From contig CAWFJD010000017.1 in NCBI GenBank assembly GCA_963816135.1, positions 1,128,128-1,192,127 of the forward strand: DNA of 64,000 nucleotides, read 5' to 3'. The notes under the pieces are model-generated. The model saw only the letters and a program-made list of their open reading frames with translations. It was not told where the DNA came from and ran no database searches. Of this stretch, positions 46,363 to 56,533 are shown in pieces. Each line of letters opens with the position of its first letter. Position 1 is the stretch's first letter. This DNA is from an uncultured Chloroflexia bacterium. GTDB lineage: Bacteria > Chloroflexota > Limnocylindria > Limnocylindrales > CSP1-4. A program made the position numbers and the translations under genes.

Positions 46363-47307
46363 GTGGAGCCCTCGCCGATCGCGCACCCGGCAATCGCACG
46401 GACCGGCCCGCAGGCGATCGCCGCGATGCGCCGCCGCAGGCTTCTGCGAGGCATCGGCCATCAGGCCCTGCTGCAGGCGCTCTGCATCTTCGTCGCCATC
46501 ACCGTCCTGTTTCCGATCGTCTACGTTTTCGGCGTAGCGCTCGACCCGCGAAACATCGCCCGGCCCGATGGCCTCAACTTGATCCCACCGAACCCCTCGC
46601 TCGACGCCTTCAGCCGGGCCATCGCGAAGCCGTCCCCGAACAACATCACTTTCCTGAACCTGGCGTTCAACAGCCTCAAGCTGGCGGTGGCCACTTCTCT
46701 AGTAAGCGTCGCATTCGGGGTGAGCGCGGCATACGCGTTCTCGCGGCTGAAGTTCAAGCTGCGATCGTTCCTGATGATCGCCGTGCTGGCCGTGCTGATG
46801 CTGCCGGCGGTGGCCACGATCGCGCCCCTCTTCGTGCTCCTCAATGGCATCCGAATCGGAGACTTCGTGCTCCGCAACTCGATCCCCGGAGTTGCGCTGG
46901 CACTGATCTCCGGCGCTCTTCCCTTCGCTATCTGGAATCTGAAGGGATACCTGGACACAATCCCCAAGGACCTGGAGGAAGCGGCGGCCATCGACGGCTG
47001 CACACGCAACCAGTCGTTCATCTACGTGGTCCTGCCACTCGCCATGCCAGCCCTGGCGGTCACCGCCTTCCTGGGTTTCGTCGCGGGCTGGACGGACTTC
47101 TATTTCTCCTGGATGTTCCTGGACCATCCTCAGGACTTCACTCTGACGATGGCTCTGTATGCGATGGTTGGCCAGTACGCGTCCACCACGCCATGGAATG
47201 TCCTGTCAGCGTTTGCCATCCTCGTCTCGCTGCCGGTCTCACTGGTCTACCTGTTCTTCCAGAGGTGGATCGTGAGTGGCCTGGCAATCGGAGGCGTGAA
47301 GGGCTAG
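46363..47307 (+). CDS. Sugar ABC transporter permease (MalG-like)
   Basis: Six TM helices and an EAA loop (EEAAAIDGCTRNQSFIYVVLPLAMPAL). Confidence 0.85.
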   Translation: MEPSPIAHPAIARTGPQAIAAMRRRRLLRGIGHQALLQALCIFVAITVLFPIVYVFGVALDPRNIARPDGLNLIPPNPSLDAFSRAIAKPSPNNITFLNLAFNSLKLAVATSLVSVAFGVSAAYAFSRLKFKLRSFLMIAVLAVLMLPAVATIAPLFVLLNGIRIGDFVLRNSIPGVALALISGALPFAIWNLKGYLDTIPKDLEEAAAIDGCTRNQSFIYVVLPLAMPALAVTAFLGFVAGWTDFYFSWMFLDHPQDFTLTMALYAMVGQYASTTPWNVLSAFAILVSLPVSLVYLFFQRWIVSGLAIGGVKG

Positions 47308-47512
47308 AACCCGACCATTTCCCCGGTGGCGGGCGCCGCGGTTGCTGTGACCAGCCCGGCGCCCGCCACCGGGCTTCCACTCGAACGCGTTCCACGCCGC
47401 GCCGCGCTAGCATTCCCAGGGCGAGCCGGATCGGGGGCGCGATGCCAGCTGCGCCTGGAACTCAGCCAAGAACCCAGCTTCCAAGCGGCCTCGATAGCTG
47501 GAGTCCATTCCC

Positions 47513-49726
47513 GTGGGACCGACCGTTTCCCTGTCTCTGGTCGTGCACAACCACCAGCCCGTCGGCAATTTCGGCTGGGTCATAGAGGACGTCTTCGATC
47601 ACGCGTACCAGCCGATGCTCGACGCCCTCGAGCGCCATCAGGGCATTCGCCTGGGCCTCCACTACACGGGGCCGCTGCTCCAGTGGATGGTCGCGAACCG
47701 GCCCGATGCGATCGATCAAATGCGCCGCCTGGTCGCCCGCGACCAGATCGAGATCGTGGGCGGCGGCTTCTACGAGCCCATCCTGATCACGCTGCCGGAC
47801 CGCGACCGCAACGGTCAGCTGGTTCGCATGGCCGATGAGCTCGAGGGGCTGTTCGGCCGGCGGCCCCGTGGCGCGTGGCTAGCGGAACGGGTCTGGGAGC
47901 CGTCGCTGGCCAAGGACCTCGCCGCCGCCGGGTATGAGTGGACCGTCCTGGACGACAACCATCTCCGCGCGGCGTCGATCAAAGAAGACGAGATGTGGAC
48001 CTCGTTCACGACCGACGACCGCGGCCGCCGCCTCACGGTCTTCGGCACCGAGCAAGGCCTGCGGTACCGGATCCCGTTCCGACCCGTCGAAGACGTGATC
48101 GGCTACTTGCGAGAGCGAATGACCCCGGACGGCACGAACGTCGGGATGATGGGCGACGACGGCGAGAAGTTCGGTGCGTGGCCGGGGACCTGGGAGTACT
48201 GCTGGAGCCGCGAACACTGGGTCGACCGCATGTTCGACGCACTCGAGTCCAACAACGAGTGGCTCAAGATGGTCAAGCCGTCCGAATGGATCGACGTCCA
48301 TCCGCCCACCAAACGGATCTACTTCCCCACCTCCTCCTACGTGGAGATGACCGAGTGGGTGCTGCCCCCGGAGGAGACGCCGGTCTTCGTCGACCTGCTC
48401 GAGACGGCCCGCGAGCGCGGCGATCCGGCTGCCCGCTTCCTGCGCGGTGGCTTCTGGCGCAACTACGCCGCGCGCTACCGCGAGATCAACGAGCTCCACA
48501 AGCAGATGCTCCGGGTTTCGGACAAGGTGGCCGCGATGGCGCCCGGACCCGAGCGGGACCGCGCCCTGGACCATCTCTACCAGGGCCAGTCCAACGACTG
48601 CTACTGGCACGGGCTGTTCGGCGGGATCTACATCGTCCACATGCGGATGGCCACGCTGTCCCACTTGATCGCGGCTGAAGATCTCGCCGACGCCCAGAGC
48701 CTGCGTCTCGGCCTCGGCGAGGGCGTTGCCCCGTACGGCGCCCGGCTGTTCGACACGGACCTCGACGCCATCGACGAAGTGCTCGTCTCGTCACCGGGCC
48801 AGACGATCATCGTCGACGTGGCCGAAGGCGGGGCGCTGTCGTCGTGGGATCTCCGCGCCAGCCGCGTCGCTCTTGCGTCGGTGATGCGTCGCCGGCCGGA
48901 GGCCTACCACGCCCGGCTCATCGCCCACGAAAGCACGGGGCCGGCGGGTGCCGCGGACGCGCGCGAAGCCGCTTCGGGCGGCCCCAAGACGATCCACGAC
49001 ATCGTGAGCGTCAAGGAGCCCGGACTCTCGGCCCTCCTCCACTACGACGACCACGAGCGGCGAAGCGGCCTCGTGCATCTGTTCCGGGTGGACGTGGCTC
49101 CCGACGCCCGCCAGCTCGCGGCCGGCGACTATCGAGAGCTCGGCGACTTCGTCGAAGGCAGCTTTGACGTGGTGTCGTCCGAGGACGATCGGCTGGTGCT
49201 CCGGCGGGCCGGTGGCTTGCGTTCGGAGGCCGGCGCCGCCGGGATCGCCGACTCGCTGGTCGTGACGAAGAACTACCGGTTCGGCGGCGGGCGACTCGAT
49301 CCAACCCTGGATCTCGAGACGGCCATCGAGAACACCGGCGACCGAGCGGTCGAGTTCGAGCTGGCGGTCGAATGGAACCTCGATCTACTCGGTGGCGGCC
49401 ACAACCCGTCGGCCTACTACGAACTTCCGTCCGGCGAGCGGACGACGCACGATGTAGCCGGTGAGCTCGGCTCGGCTTCGTCGATCGTCTTCGGCAACGA
49501 CTTCGAAGGGGCACGCGTCGAGGCCCACGCCGACCCCAAAGCTCGCCTGACCTGGTATCCGGTCGAAACCGTCTCCAACTCCGAGGCAGGTTTCGAGCGC
49601 TCCTACCAGGGCAGCTGCCTTCTCTTCCGCTGGCCGATCGAACTTGCGCCCGGTGAGCTCGCCCTCAGAGCCGTTCGCATGCGAGTCGAGCAGTCTCGGG
49701 ACCAGGCGGCTGAGGAGTCGCGCTGA
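47513..49726 (+). CDS. GH57-family glycoside hydrolase (alpha-amylase / 4-alpha-glucanotransferase / branching-enzyme-like)
   Basis: GH57 signature motifs are present: LSLVVHNHQPVGNF, catalytic region MMGDDGEKFGAWPG, and ...YWHGLFGGIY. It is 737 aa with a long C-terminal extension. Confidence 0.8.
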   Translation: MGPTVSLSLVVHNHQPVGNFGWVIEDVFDHAYQPMLDALERHQGIRLGLHYTGPLLQWMVANRPDAIDQMRRLVARDQIEIVGGGFYEPILITLPDRDRNGQLVRMADELEGLFGRRPRGAWLAERVWEPSLAKDLAAAGYEWTVLDDNHLRAASIKEDEMWTSFTTDDRGRRLTVFGTEQGLRYRIPFRPVEDVIGYLRERMTPDGTNVGMMGDDGEKFGAWPGTWEYCWSREHWVDRMFDALESNNEWLKMVKPSEWIDVHPPTKRIYFPTSSYVEMTEWVLPPEETPVFVDLLETARERGDPAARFLRGGFWRNYAARYREINELHKQMLRVSDKVAAMAPGPERDRALDHLYQGQSNDCYWHGLFGGIYIVHMRMATLSHLIAAEDLADAQSLRLGLGEGVAPYGARLFDTDLDAIDEVLVSSPGQTIIVDVAEGGALSSWDLRASRVALASVMRRRPEAYHARLIAHESTGPAGAADAREAASGGPKTIHDIVSVKEPGLSALLHYDDHERRSGLVHLFRVDVAPDARQLAAGDYRELGDFVEGSFDVVSSEDDRLVLRRAGGLRSEAGAAGIADSLVVTKNYRFGGGRLDPTLDLETAIENTGDRAVEFELAVEWNLDLLGGGHNPSAYYELPSGERTTHDVAGELGSASSIVFGNDFEGARVEAHADPKARLTWYPVETVSNSEAGFERSYQGSCLLFRWPIELAPGELALRAVRMRVEQSRDQAAEESR

Positions 49727-49782
49727 GCGAACACGCGGGCAGTGTCGAGATTCGGCGAGCCGTCCCCGAGGACGCCGCGGCC

Positions 49783-50187
49783 GTGGCCGACGTCTACCTT
49801 CGCTCCTTTCGGGCCGCCCTCCCGTCGATCCAACTTGCTCACACCGACGATGAGGTTCGGGACTGGATCCGGGAGCGGCTGATCCCGAGCGCCGGGTGCT
49901 GGGTCGCGGTCGAAGGCCCGGCGATCGTGGCGTTCGCCGCGCTCACCCCCGGTTGGCTGGACCAGCTCTATGTCGCTCCTGACCGGTTGGGCGAAGGTAT
50001 CGGCCGGCGGCTGCTGGACCTGGCGAAGGAGCGCTCGGACGGCCAGCTCGATCTTTGGACGTTCCAGGTGAACACCCGCGCCAGACGCTTCTACGAACGC
50101 AACGGTTTCACGGCCGTCGAGTTTACGGATGGAGCCGGAAATGAGGAACAAGAGCCCGACATCCGATACGAATGGAGACGGATGTGA
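49783..50187 (+). CDS. GNAT-family N-acetyltransferase (true start probably upstream of the listed GTG)
   Basis: ...VEIRRAVPEDAAAVADVYLRSFRAA... and ...WVAVEGPAIVAFAALTPGWLDQLYVAPDRLGEGIGRRLLD... show GNAT motifs A/B. In-frame upstream codons back to the GH57 stop encode SEHAGSVEIRRAVPEDAAA, but there is no canonical start codon there. Confidence 0.6.
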   Translation: MADVYLRSFRAALPSIQLAHTDDEVRDWIRERLIPSAGCWVAVEGPAIVAFAALTPGWLDQLYVAPDRLGEGIGRRLLDLAKERSDGQLDLWTFQVNTRARRFYERNGFTAVEFTDGAGNEEQEPDIRYEWRRM

Positions 50188-50580
50188 CCCGGCCGGCAAT
50201 CTACTCGCCGAGCGGCGCGGGATTCCAGTTGCGGCCACCGTCCGACGTCACGTAGACACGGCCGGAGTCCGCGAAGGCCTGGAGGATGCCGGTCCGGGCG
50301 AGACCAGCGGGATTGCGAGCAAAACCGCAACGAGCGTCACGACCGCCGCCAGTCCGACCAGCAACGGCCGGCCGAACCTCCGCCCTATCCTGGTGCTCAT
50401 GTCCACAGCCCTCCCGACATGTCCATCACTTCCTGTGAGGGTCGGCCCATCTCAGAAGTGACGTTCACGGCGCGCGACCGTTCAGCTCGCGGCTCCGACA
50501 GGGGGTCCGCCAGAGCGGGCAGTCGGACCACCACTTGCGGGGCCTGCCAACCCGCCAGAGCGTCCGGTACCATCCGCCGA

Positions 50581-52107
50581 GTGAGTCGACCGAAGCTCGC
50601 CGTTCATGGGCATTTCTATCAGCCTGAGCGGCGCAACCCGTTCACCGGCGAGATCGCGCCCCAGGCCGGCGCCGCGCCGTACCGCGACTGGAACGCGCGC
50701 ATCGACGCCGAGTGCTACAAGCCCAACGCCGATCACGGCAATCTGCGCCACGTCTCGTACGACCTCGGGCCAACCCTGGCCGACTGGCTGGCGACCCATG
50801 ACCCAACGACCCATCATGGATTTGTCGATTCGGACCGCCCCGGCTCGCGGCCGAACGACGACGACGGCCGATACGCCCCCGACACCTCCGACCCGGGCGA
50901 AGGCAACGCGATGGCCCAGGCATACCACCACGCCATCCTGCCGCTCGCGTCGATGGCCGATCGCAGGACCGAGATCCGCTGGGGCCTGCGCGACTTCGAG
51001 TTGAGGTTCGGTCGGCGGCCGACCGGCATCTGGCTGCCGGAGACAGCCGTGGATCATCCGACGCTTCGGATCCTCGTCGACGAAGGGGTCCGATACACGA
51101 TCCTCGCTCCCTGGCAGGCGACCGATTCCCGACTCGACACGCGCCGGCCGTATCGAGTCGACCTTGGCCGGGGCAAGTCGATCATCGTGGTCTTCTACGA
51201 CGCGGCGTTGTCGGCGTCCGCCTCGTTCGAGTCCGACGCGACGATGAACGCCGACTCCTTTGCCCGCGACCGAGTGCTGCCGCGTCTCGCCGGACCGAGC
51301 TTCGCGGACGGAACTCCCAGGATCGCGGTCATCGCCACCGACGGCGAGCTGTACGGCCACCACCAGAAGTTCCGCGATCTGTTCCTTGCCCGGCTCGTCA
51401 GTCCAGGGCCCGACATCGCGGATCGCGGCTTCGACGTGACCACGGTTGGGCAGCTCGTTGGCGCGGCCGCTCCCGGGTTGTTCCCGGCCACGCAGGTCGC
51501 CGAGCGGACCTCATGGAGCTGCCACCACGGCGTGCTCCGCTGGTACGCGGAATGCCCGGACGCGTCGGACGGCCGCTGGAAGGGACCGTTGCGGGTGGCC
51601 CTGGAGCGGCTCGCTTCGGCGATCGACACGGTGGCCGTGGGACTGGCCGGCGAGTTCATGGACCCCGCGGCTTTGTGGCCGGCCCGCGACGAGTATGTCG
51701 ACGTGATCTTCGGCGCGGAGTCGGCCGAGGGCTTCGCCCGGCGGTGGCTGCCTCTGGGCGACGAGGCTCAGCGCGACGGCCTCATGGCCCTCATGGAAGC
51801 GGAGCGGTGGCGGCTCGCGATGTTCGCCAGCGACGGCTGGTTCTGGGACGATCCTATTCGGCCCGAGAGCAAGCAGGTCTTGATGTGCGCCGCGAAGTCC
51901 TCTCGCCTCATCGACGCGCTGGCCGGAACCTCCCTGGAGGCGCGTCTGCGCGACGATCTGTCGTCGTTTGTCTCTCCGTCGCCGGCCGGATCGATGGGGC
52001 GGGCATCTACGACGAAGCCCTCAGCGAGGCGAAGCAGCCGGTCCGGTAATGCGGGCCTGCTGGATCTGCGCGCGTGCGGCCGCGTTCGCCCGGGTTCGTT
52101 GGCCTGA
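50581..52107 (+). CDS. DUF3536-type GH57-like protein
   Basis: The GTG 50581 product is VSRPKLAVHGHFYQPERRNP... (a HxHxYQP motif parallel to GH57 HNHQP), followed by ...IWLPETAVD...TDGELYGHHQKF... . The last ~40 aa are low-complexity and may be affected by the downstream duplication junction. Confidence 0.65.
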   Translation: MSRPKLAVHGHFYQPERRNPFTGEIAPQAGAAPYRDWNARIDAECYKPNADHGNLRHVSYDLGPTLADWLATHDPTTHHGFVDSDRPGSRPNDDDGRYAPDTSDPGEGNAMAQAYHHAILPLASMADRRTEIRWGLRDFELRFGRRPTGIWLPETAVDHPTLRILVDEGVRYTILAPWQATDSRLDTRRPYRVDLGRGKSIIVVFYDAALSASASFESDATMNADSFARDRVLPRLAGPSFADGTPRIAVIATDGELYGHHQKFRDLFLARLVSPGPDIADRGFDVTTVGQLVGAAAPGLFPATQVAERTSWSCHHGVLRWYAECPDASDGRWKGPLRVALERLASAIDTVAVGLAGEFMDPAALWPARDEYVDVIFGAESAEGFARRWLPLGDEAQRDGLMALMEAERWRLAMFASDGWFWDDPIRPESKQVLMCAAKSSRLIDALAGTSLEARLRDDLSSFVSPSPAGSMGRASTTKPSARRSSRSGNAGLLDLRACGRVRPGSLA

Positions 52108-52149
52108 GGCGCCTCGCGGGGCCGCTGGCTGCGGATCGGGCCGCCAGAA

Positions 52150-52510
52150 CCTGCCGGATACCGACGCCGAGCGGACGGCCACCACCAGAAGTTCCGCGAT
52201 CTGTTCCTGGCCCGACTCGTCAGCCAGGTCCCGACATCGCGGATCGGGCTCGACCTGCCCACCGTCGGGCAGTCGTCGGCGCGGCCGCTCCCGGCTGTTC
52301 CCGGCGACGAAGTTCGCCGAGCGGACCTCATGGCTCTCCATTCGGCATTTCCGACTTCCGCGGACTCTCGGCCGCGCCCGTCGGTCGCGATTGACCGCTG
52401 CGCGGGAACTGCGGCGGCTACTGCGATCGGCAGGGCCGGTGGTCGCTGGCGGACGAGCTCAGGATCCCGCAGCTCTGAGGCCGCCCGCAGAATACGTCGA
52501 CGTGTTTCCG
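52150..52510 (+). repeat. Degraded partial tandem copy (about 80% identity) of an internal segment (about 51330..51705) of the preceding DUF3536 gene
   Basis: Direct comparison shows caccagaagttccgcgatctgttcct[t/g]gcccg[g/a]ctcgtcag... at 51361 and again at 52181, and ...gaccccgcggctttgtggccggcccgcgacgagtatgtcgacgtg vs gatcccgcagctctgaggccgcccgcagaatacgtcgacgtg. Spurious minus ORFs over both loci share the peptide TSRARNRSRNFWWWP. The copy has no intact frame. Confidence 0.55.
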
Positions 52511-52922
52511 CTCATCCGCGAGGTACGACTCCGACGTCTGGAGAATGCTGGAGGCCGGTTTCGGTCGAACCTGATCTCCGCTCTGAGCAAGTCGGCGAGT
52601 GGTGATCGCGACCAGCCTGCTCGACGGTCGAGTTCGCTCGCCCGACGAGCAAGAGGCCGCCGGCGCGCGAGACCGCGACGCTCGGGTCGGGATCGAAACG
52701 GCTCCGGGACGATGGCGCCTCGCGGCCGCCGCGGCCCAAGGTCGGGATGACGCCTGGCACGGCCGGCTCCCGCGCGGGCCCGGGGCGAGCGCGGCACGCC
52801 GTGTCGCGCAGGGAGATGAGCGGGTCGCCCCGCTCCGCCCGCCTGCTAGACTCGGCAGAACCGGCCGCGCCCCCTGCCGACTGATCGACCGCCGAAACAG
52901 CTGCTGAGTTCGGAGCGCATTC

Positions 52923-55900
52923 GTGGCATTCGAGTTCCACATCTCGAGAGCGGCCCGCGACCGCTACGACTTCGATCGCGCCCTCTTCCAGACCAGTGGC
53001 AACGTCATCATCCCGGACTTCCCCGCGGCGCGGCTCTTCGCCAAGCGGATGAACGAACGTGCGGACCCGGTCCGGTACCCCGACCGCGTGGTCCACGCCG
53101 CCGAGCTCAACGCCATGGGCCTGATCGACGAGATCAGCCACCACGCGGTCGAGATCTACCGCCGGACCGTCAATCCCAAGCTCATGGCCGAGGCCGTCGA
53201 TTCCATCGCGCGGCAGCTCGACCCGGCCGCGTTCGACAAGGCCCTGGGCCATTTCGTCGAGCAATTTCCGCCCCTCGCCGTGTACGTCCAGGGCTCGGAC
53301 GTGGCCACGTATCTCGGGGGCGAGACCGAAGGGATCCCCAACCGCGAGATCGCGCTCGAAGAGCTGCTGATGCTCTGGCTGGCCAACGCCAATCCCGCGT
53401 TCGGTACGTTCGATGAGCTCTTCGACGACTGCGACCTGGCCGAAAAGACGGACTACGAGCAGGTCATCACAGGGCTCCAGAACTACTTCGACAGCCAGCC
53501 GAAGTTCGGCCCCGAAGGGCTCAGCCTGATCGCCTTCCTGCGGGCCCCGGCGCTCGCGGAACCGAACTCCCTCGCGGCCCAGCTGCGCTACATCCGTTCG
53601 CGCTGGGGCCTGGTCCTGACTCCGTTCCTGAACCGTCTCGTCGTGACGCTGGACGTCCTCCACGAAGAAGAGGTCGCGCTGTGGATGCGGATGCATCCCA
53701 AGCCCACTCCCGACGCCCCGACCGCCGGCCCCGGCCTCGGTGGCCTTGACAACGAGTACGAGCGCTTCAGCACCGACCGCGAGTGGATGCCCAAGGTCGT
53801 GCTGCTCGCCAAGACGACGTTCGTGTGGCTCGACCAGCTGTCCAAGCGATACGGCCGCTGGATCCACCGGCTCGACGAGATCCCCGACGAAGAGCTCGAG
53901 GCCCTGTCGCGGCGCGGCTTCACGGGCCTGTGGCTCATCGGCCTCTGGGAACGGAGTACGGCCTCCCAGAAGATCAAGCAGTGGCGCGGCAACCCCGAGG
54001 CCGCGGCGAGTGCCTACTCCCTCATGGAATACCGGATCGCCGACGAGCTCGGCGGCGAAGAAGCCTTCCAGACACTGCGCCACAAGTGCGCCCAGCGTGG
54101 CATCCGGCTCAGCTCGGACATGGTCCCCAACCACATGGGCATCGATTCCCGCTGGGTCGTCGAGCATCCCGATTGGTTCCTGAGCCTGCCGGACGCGCCC
54201 TACCCCTCGTACAGCTTCACGGGCGGCAACCTGTCCGACGACGAGCGGGTCATGATCCAGATCGAGGACCACTACTGGAACGCCAGCGACGCGGCCGTTG
54301 TCTTCAAGCGCACGGACACCTGGACCGGCGACGTCCGCTACATCTACCACGGCAACGACGGCACGAGCATGCCGTGGAATGACACCGCCCAGCTGGATTA
54401 CCTGAAGGCCGAGGTCCGCGAAGCCGTCATCCAGACCATCCTCCACGTCGCCCGCCAGTTCCCCATCATCCGCTTCGACGCCGCGATGACCCTCGCCCGC
54501 CGCCACATCCAGCGGCTGTGGTTCCCCGAACCCGGCCAGGGCGGCGCCATCCCGTCGCGTGCGGAGCACGCCACTCCACGCGCCGTCTTCGACGAGTTCA
54601 TGCCCAACGAGTTCTGGCGCGAGGTCGTGGACCGGGTCGCCCTGGAGGCGCCGGATACCCTGCTCCTCGCCGAAGCGTTCTGGCTCCTCGAGGGCTACTT
54701 CGTCCGGACGCTCGGCATGCATCGCGTCTACAACAGCGCCTTCATGAACATGATGCGCGACGAGGAGAACGCCAACTATCGGCGGGTCATCAAGGACACC
54801 CTCGAGTTCGATCCGGAAGTGCTCAAGCGCTACGTGAACTTCATGAGCAACCCGGACGAGCGAACGGCGGTCGACCAGTTCGGCAAAGGCGACAAGTACT
54901 TCGGCGTCTGCACGCTCATGGCCACCATGCCCGGCCTGCCGATGATCGGCCACGGGCAGGTCGAAGGCTTCGCCGAGAAATACGGCATGGAGTACCGCAA
55001 GGCATATCGGGACGAGCATCCGGACGGCTGGCTGATCGAGCGCCACGAGCGCGAGATCTTCCCGCTGTTCCACCGCCGCCATCTCTTCGCGGGCGTGACC
55101 GACTTCCTCCTCTACGACGTCTACGATCCGGACGGCTGGGTCAACGAAGACGTCTTCGCCTACTCGAACCGAGCCGGCGAGGAGCGCAGCCTGGTCGTCT
55201 ACCACAACCGATATGCCGAAGCGCGCGGCTGGATCCGCCAGTCGGCGGCGTACTCCACGCCGGATGGATCGGGCGGACGGCGCCTGACCCAACGCTCGCT
55301 CGGCGAGGGCCTGGGCCTCCACGCCGACGGCAAGTGGTTCGCGCTGCTGCGCGAGCAGCGTTCCGGGCTCCAGTTCATACGCCGCTCCTCGGACCTGTGC
55401 CGCGACGGGATGTATGTCGAACTGCACGCCTATGGCTGCCAGGTATTCACCGATGTCCACGAGGTCGAGGACGTCGACGGCCGCTGGGCCCAGCTTGCCG
55501 AACGCCTCGCCGGAGAGGGCGTCCCGAGTGTCGAAGCGGCTCTTCGCGAGATGGAGCTGGAGCCGGTCCACTCCGCCGTCCGCGCCCTGGTAGAGGGCGG
55601 CGCGGTTCTGCGATTGACCGAGATCGGGGCGGCGCGGGCCCGATCCGCCTGTCCGGCGGCTGCCGCTCGAGGCCTCGATCTCGGATTGCGCGGCCCGGGG
55701 GCCCGGACCGGCCCCAAGCCGACGCCGGCGGCTGGAGAGGCCGCCGCTCAGGCGACGCCGAAGGCCGAAGCGCCGACTCCCAGCCCGAAAGTCGAACCCA
55801 CCCCGCAGGAGATCGCTTCGCTCGTCGAGTCCGCCGTGACGCGCGTCGCGGACGCAGTCACATCCGCGGCTCAGATCAGCCACTCCGATGCGGACGTCGA

Positions 55901-56456
55901 CGCCATCACCGCTGCCTTCCGCTCCCGCCTCGAGGCCGCGCTCCGCCTTCCGGAAACGAATGACGAAAAGCTGTGCGCGGGCCTGGCCGACACCTGGGCC
56001 TGGGTCGCTCTGCTCGGCCGGCTCGTCTCCGAGGCACTCGTCGCGGCCACCAATGGAGCGGAATCGAAGCTCGACAGCGGTTTGGTGTCCCCTTCGTTCG
56101 AGTCTCTGGAACTCGCGCCGGTACTGGCGAGTGTCTTCAGGGACCTGGGTCTCGATGAAGGTGCCGGGTGGCGGCTGGTCGGCCTGATCCGGATGCTCAG
56201 GACGCTTCCCCTGCCGTCCTCCGTGGCGGCTCGGCCGGCCAAGGACCGGCCGGCGGCTCTCGTCCGGGCGCTGCTTTCCGGAGACGCGGCCCGAGCCTAC
56301 ATGGGCGTGAACATCTGGGAAGACGTGACCTGGTTCAACCGCGAGTCATTCAGCCACGTGCTGTGGTGGATGTTCGCCCTCGAGGCCCTCGACGCCGTGC
56401 CGGCCGGGGCCGGGCAGGAACCGGCGCCACCCGACTCGCCGAAGCGCGCAAGCTGA
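52923..56456 (+). CDS. Large (1177 aa) GH13-family (alpha-amylase superfamily) protein with long N- and C-terminal extensions
   Basis: The central GH13 core has GIRLSSDMVPNHMGIDS (region I/II style D..NH), PIIRFDAAMTL (catalytic Asp), LLAEAFWLLEGY (catalytic Glu), and FMSNPDERT. The flanking ~400 aa (N-terminal) and ~350 aa (C-terminal, Ala/Pro-rich linker plus helical tail) are unrecognised. Confidence 0.7.
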   Translation: MAFEFHISRAARDRYDFDRALFQTSGNVIIPDFPAARLFAKRMNERADPVRYPDRVVHAAELNAMGLIDEISHHAVEIYRRTVNPKLMAEAVDSIARQLDPAAFDKALGHFVEQFPPLAVYVQGSDVATYLGGETEGIPNREIALEELLMLWLANANPAFGTFDELFDDCDLAEKTDYEQVITGLQNYFDSQPKFGPEGLSLIAFLRAPALAEPNSLAAQLRYIRSRWGLVLTPFLNRLVVTLDVLHEEEVALWMRMHPKPTPDAPTAGPGLGGLDNEYERFSTDREWMPKVVLLAKTTFVWLDQLSKRYGRWIHRLDEIPDEELEALSRRGFTGLWLIGLWERSTASQKIKQWRGNPEAAASAYSLMEYRIADELGGEEAFQTLRHKCAQRGIRLSSDMVPNHMGIDSRWVVEHPDWFLSLPDAPYPSYSFTGGNLSDDERVMIQIEDHYWNASDAAVVFKRTDTWTGDVRYIYHGNDGTSMPWNDTAQLDYLKAEVREAVIQTILHVARQFPIIRFDAAMTLARRHIQRLWFPEPGQGGAIPSRAEHATPRAVFDEFMPNEFWREVVDRVALEAPDTLLLAEAFWLLEGYFVRTLGMHRVYNSAFMNMMRDEENANYRRVIKDTLEFDPEVLKRYVNFMSNPDERTAVDQFGKGDKYFGVCTLMATMPGLPMIGHGQVEGFAEKYGMEYRKAYRDEHPDGWLIERHEREIFPLFHRRHLFAGVTDFLLYDVYDPDGWVNEDVFAYSNRAGEERSLVVYHNRYAEARGWIRQSAAYSTPDGSGGRRLTQRSLGEGLGLHADGKWFALLREQRSGLQFIRRSSDLCRDGMYVELHAYGCQVFTDVHEVEDVDGRWAQLAERLAGEGVPSVEAALREMELEPVHSAVRALVEGGAVLRLTEIGAARARSACPAAAARGLDLGLRGPGARTGPKPTPAAGEAAAQATPKAEAPTPSPKVEPTPQEIASLVESAVTRVADAVTSAAQISHSDADVDAITAAFRSRLEAALRLPETNDEKLCAGLADTWAWVALLGRLVSEALVAATNGAESKLDSGLVSPSFESLELAPVLASVFRDLGLDEGAGWRLVGLIRMLRTLPLPSSVAARPAKDRPAALVRALLSGDAARAYMGVNIWEDVTWFNRESFSHVLWWMFALEALDAVPAGAGQEPAPPDSPKRAS

Positions 56457-56533
56457 CGGGCGCCCTCGCCCGTGCCGCGGAGCTGTCCGGATACCAGCTC
56501 GATCGCCTCGAGGCCAGCGCTGCGGAGGCGTAG

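Noticed and set aside
49603-50238. 211-aa minus-strand ORF overlapping the GNAT gene
   Set aside because: It is antisense to a GNAT ORF with clear acetyltransferase motifs and has no recognisable features.
52512-55883. 1123-aa ORF on the minus strand
   Set aside because: It is antisense to the well-supported 1177-aa GH13-family gene. The product is Arg/Gly/Ala-rich low complexity, typical of spurious long ORFs in 70% GC DNA.
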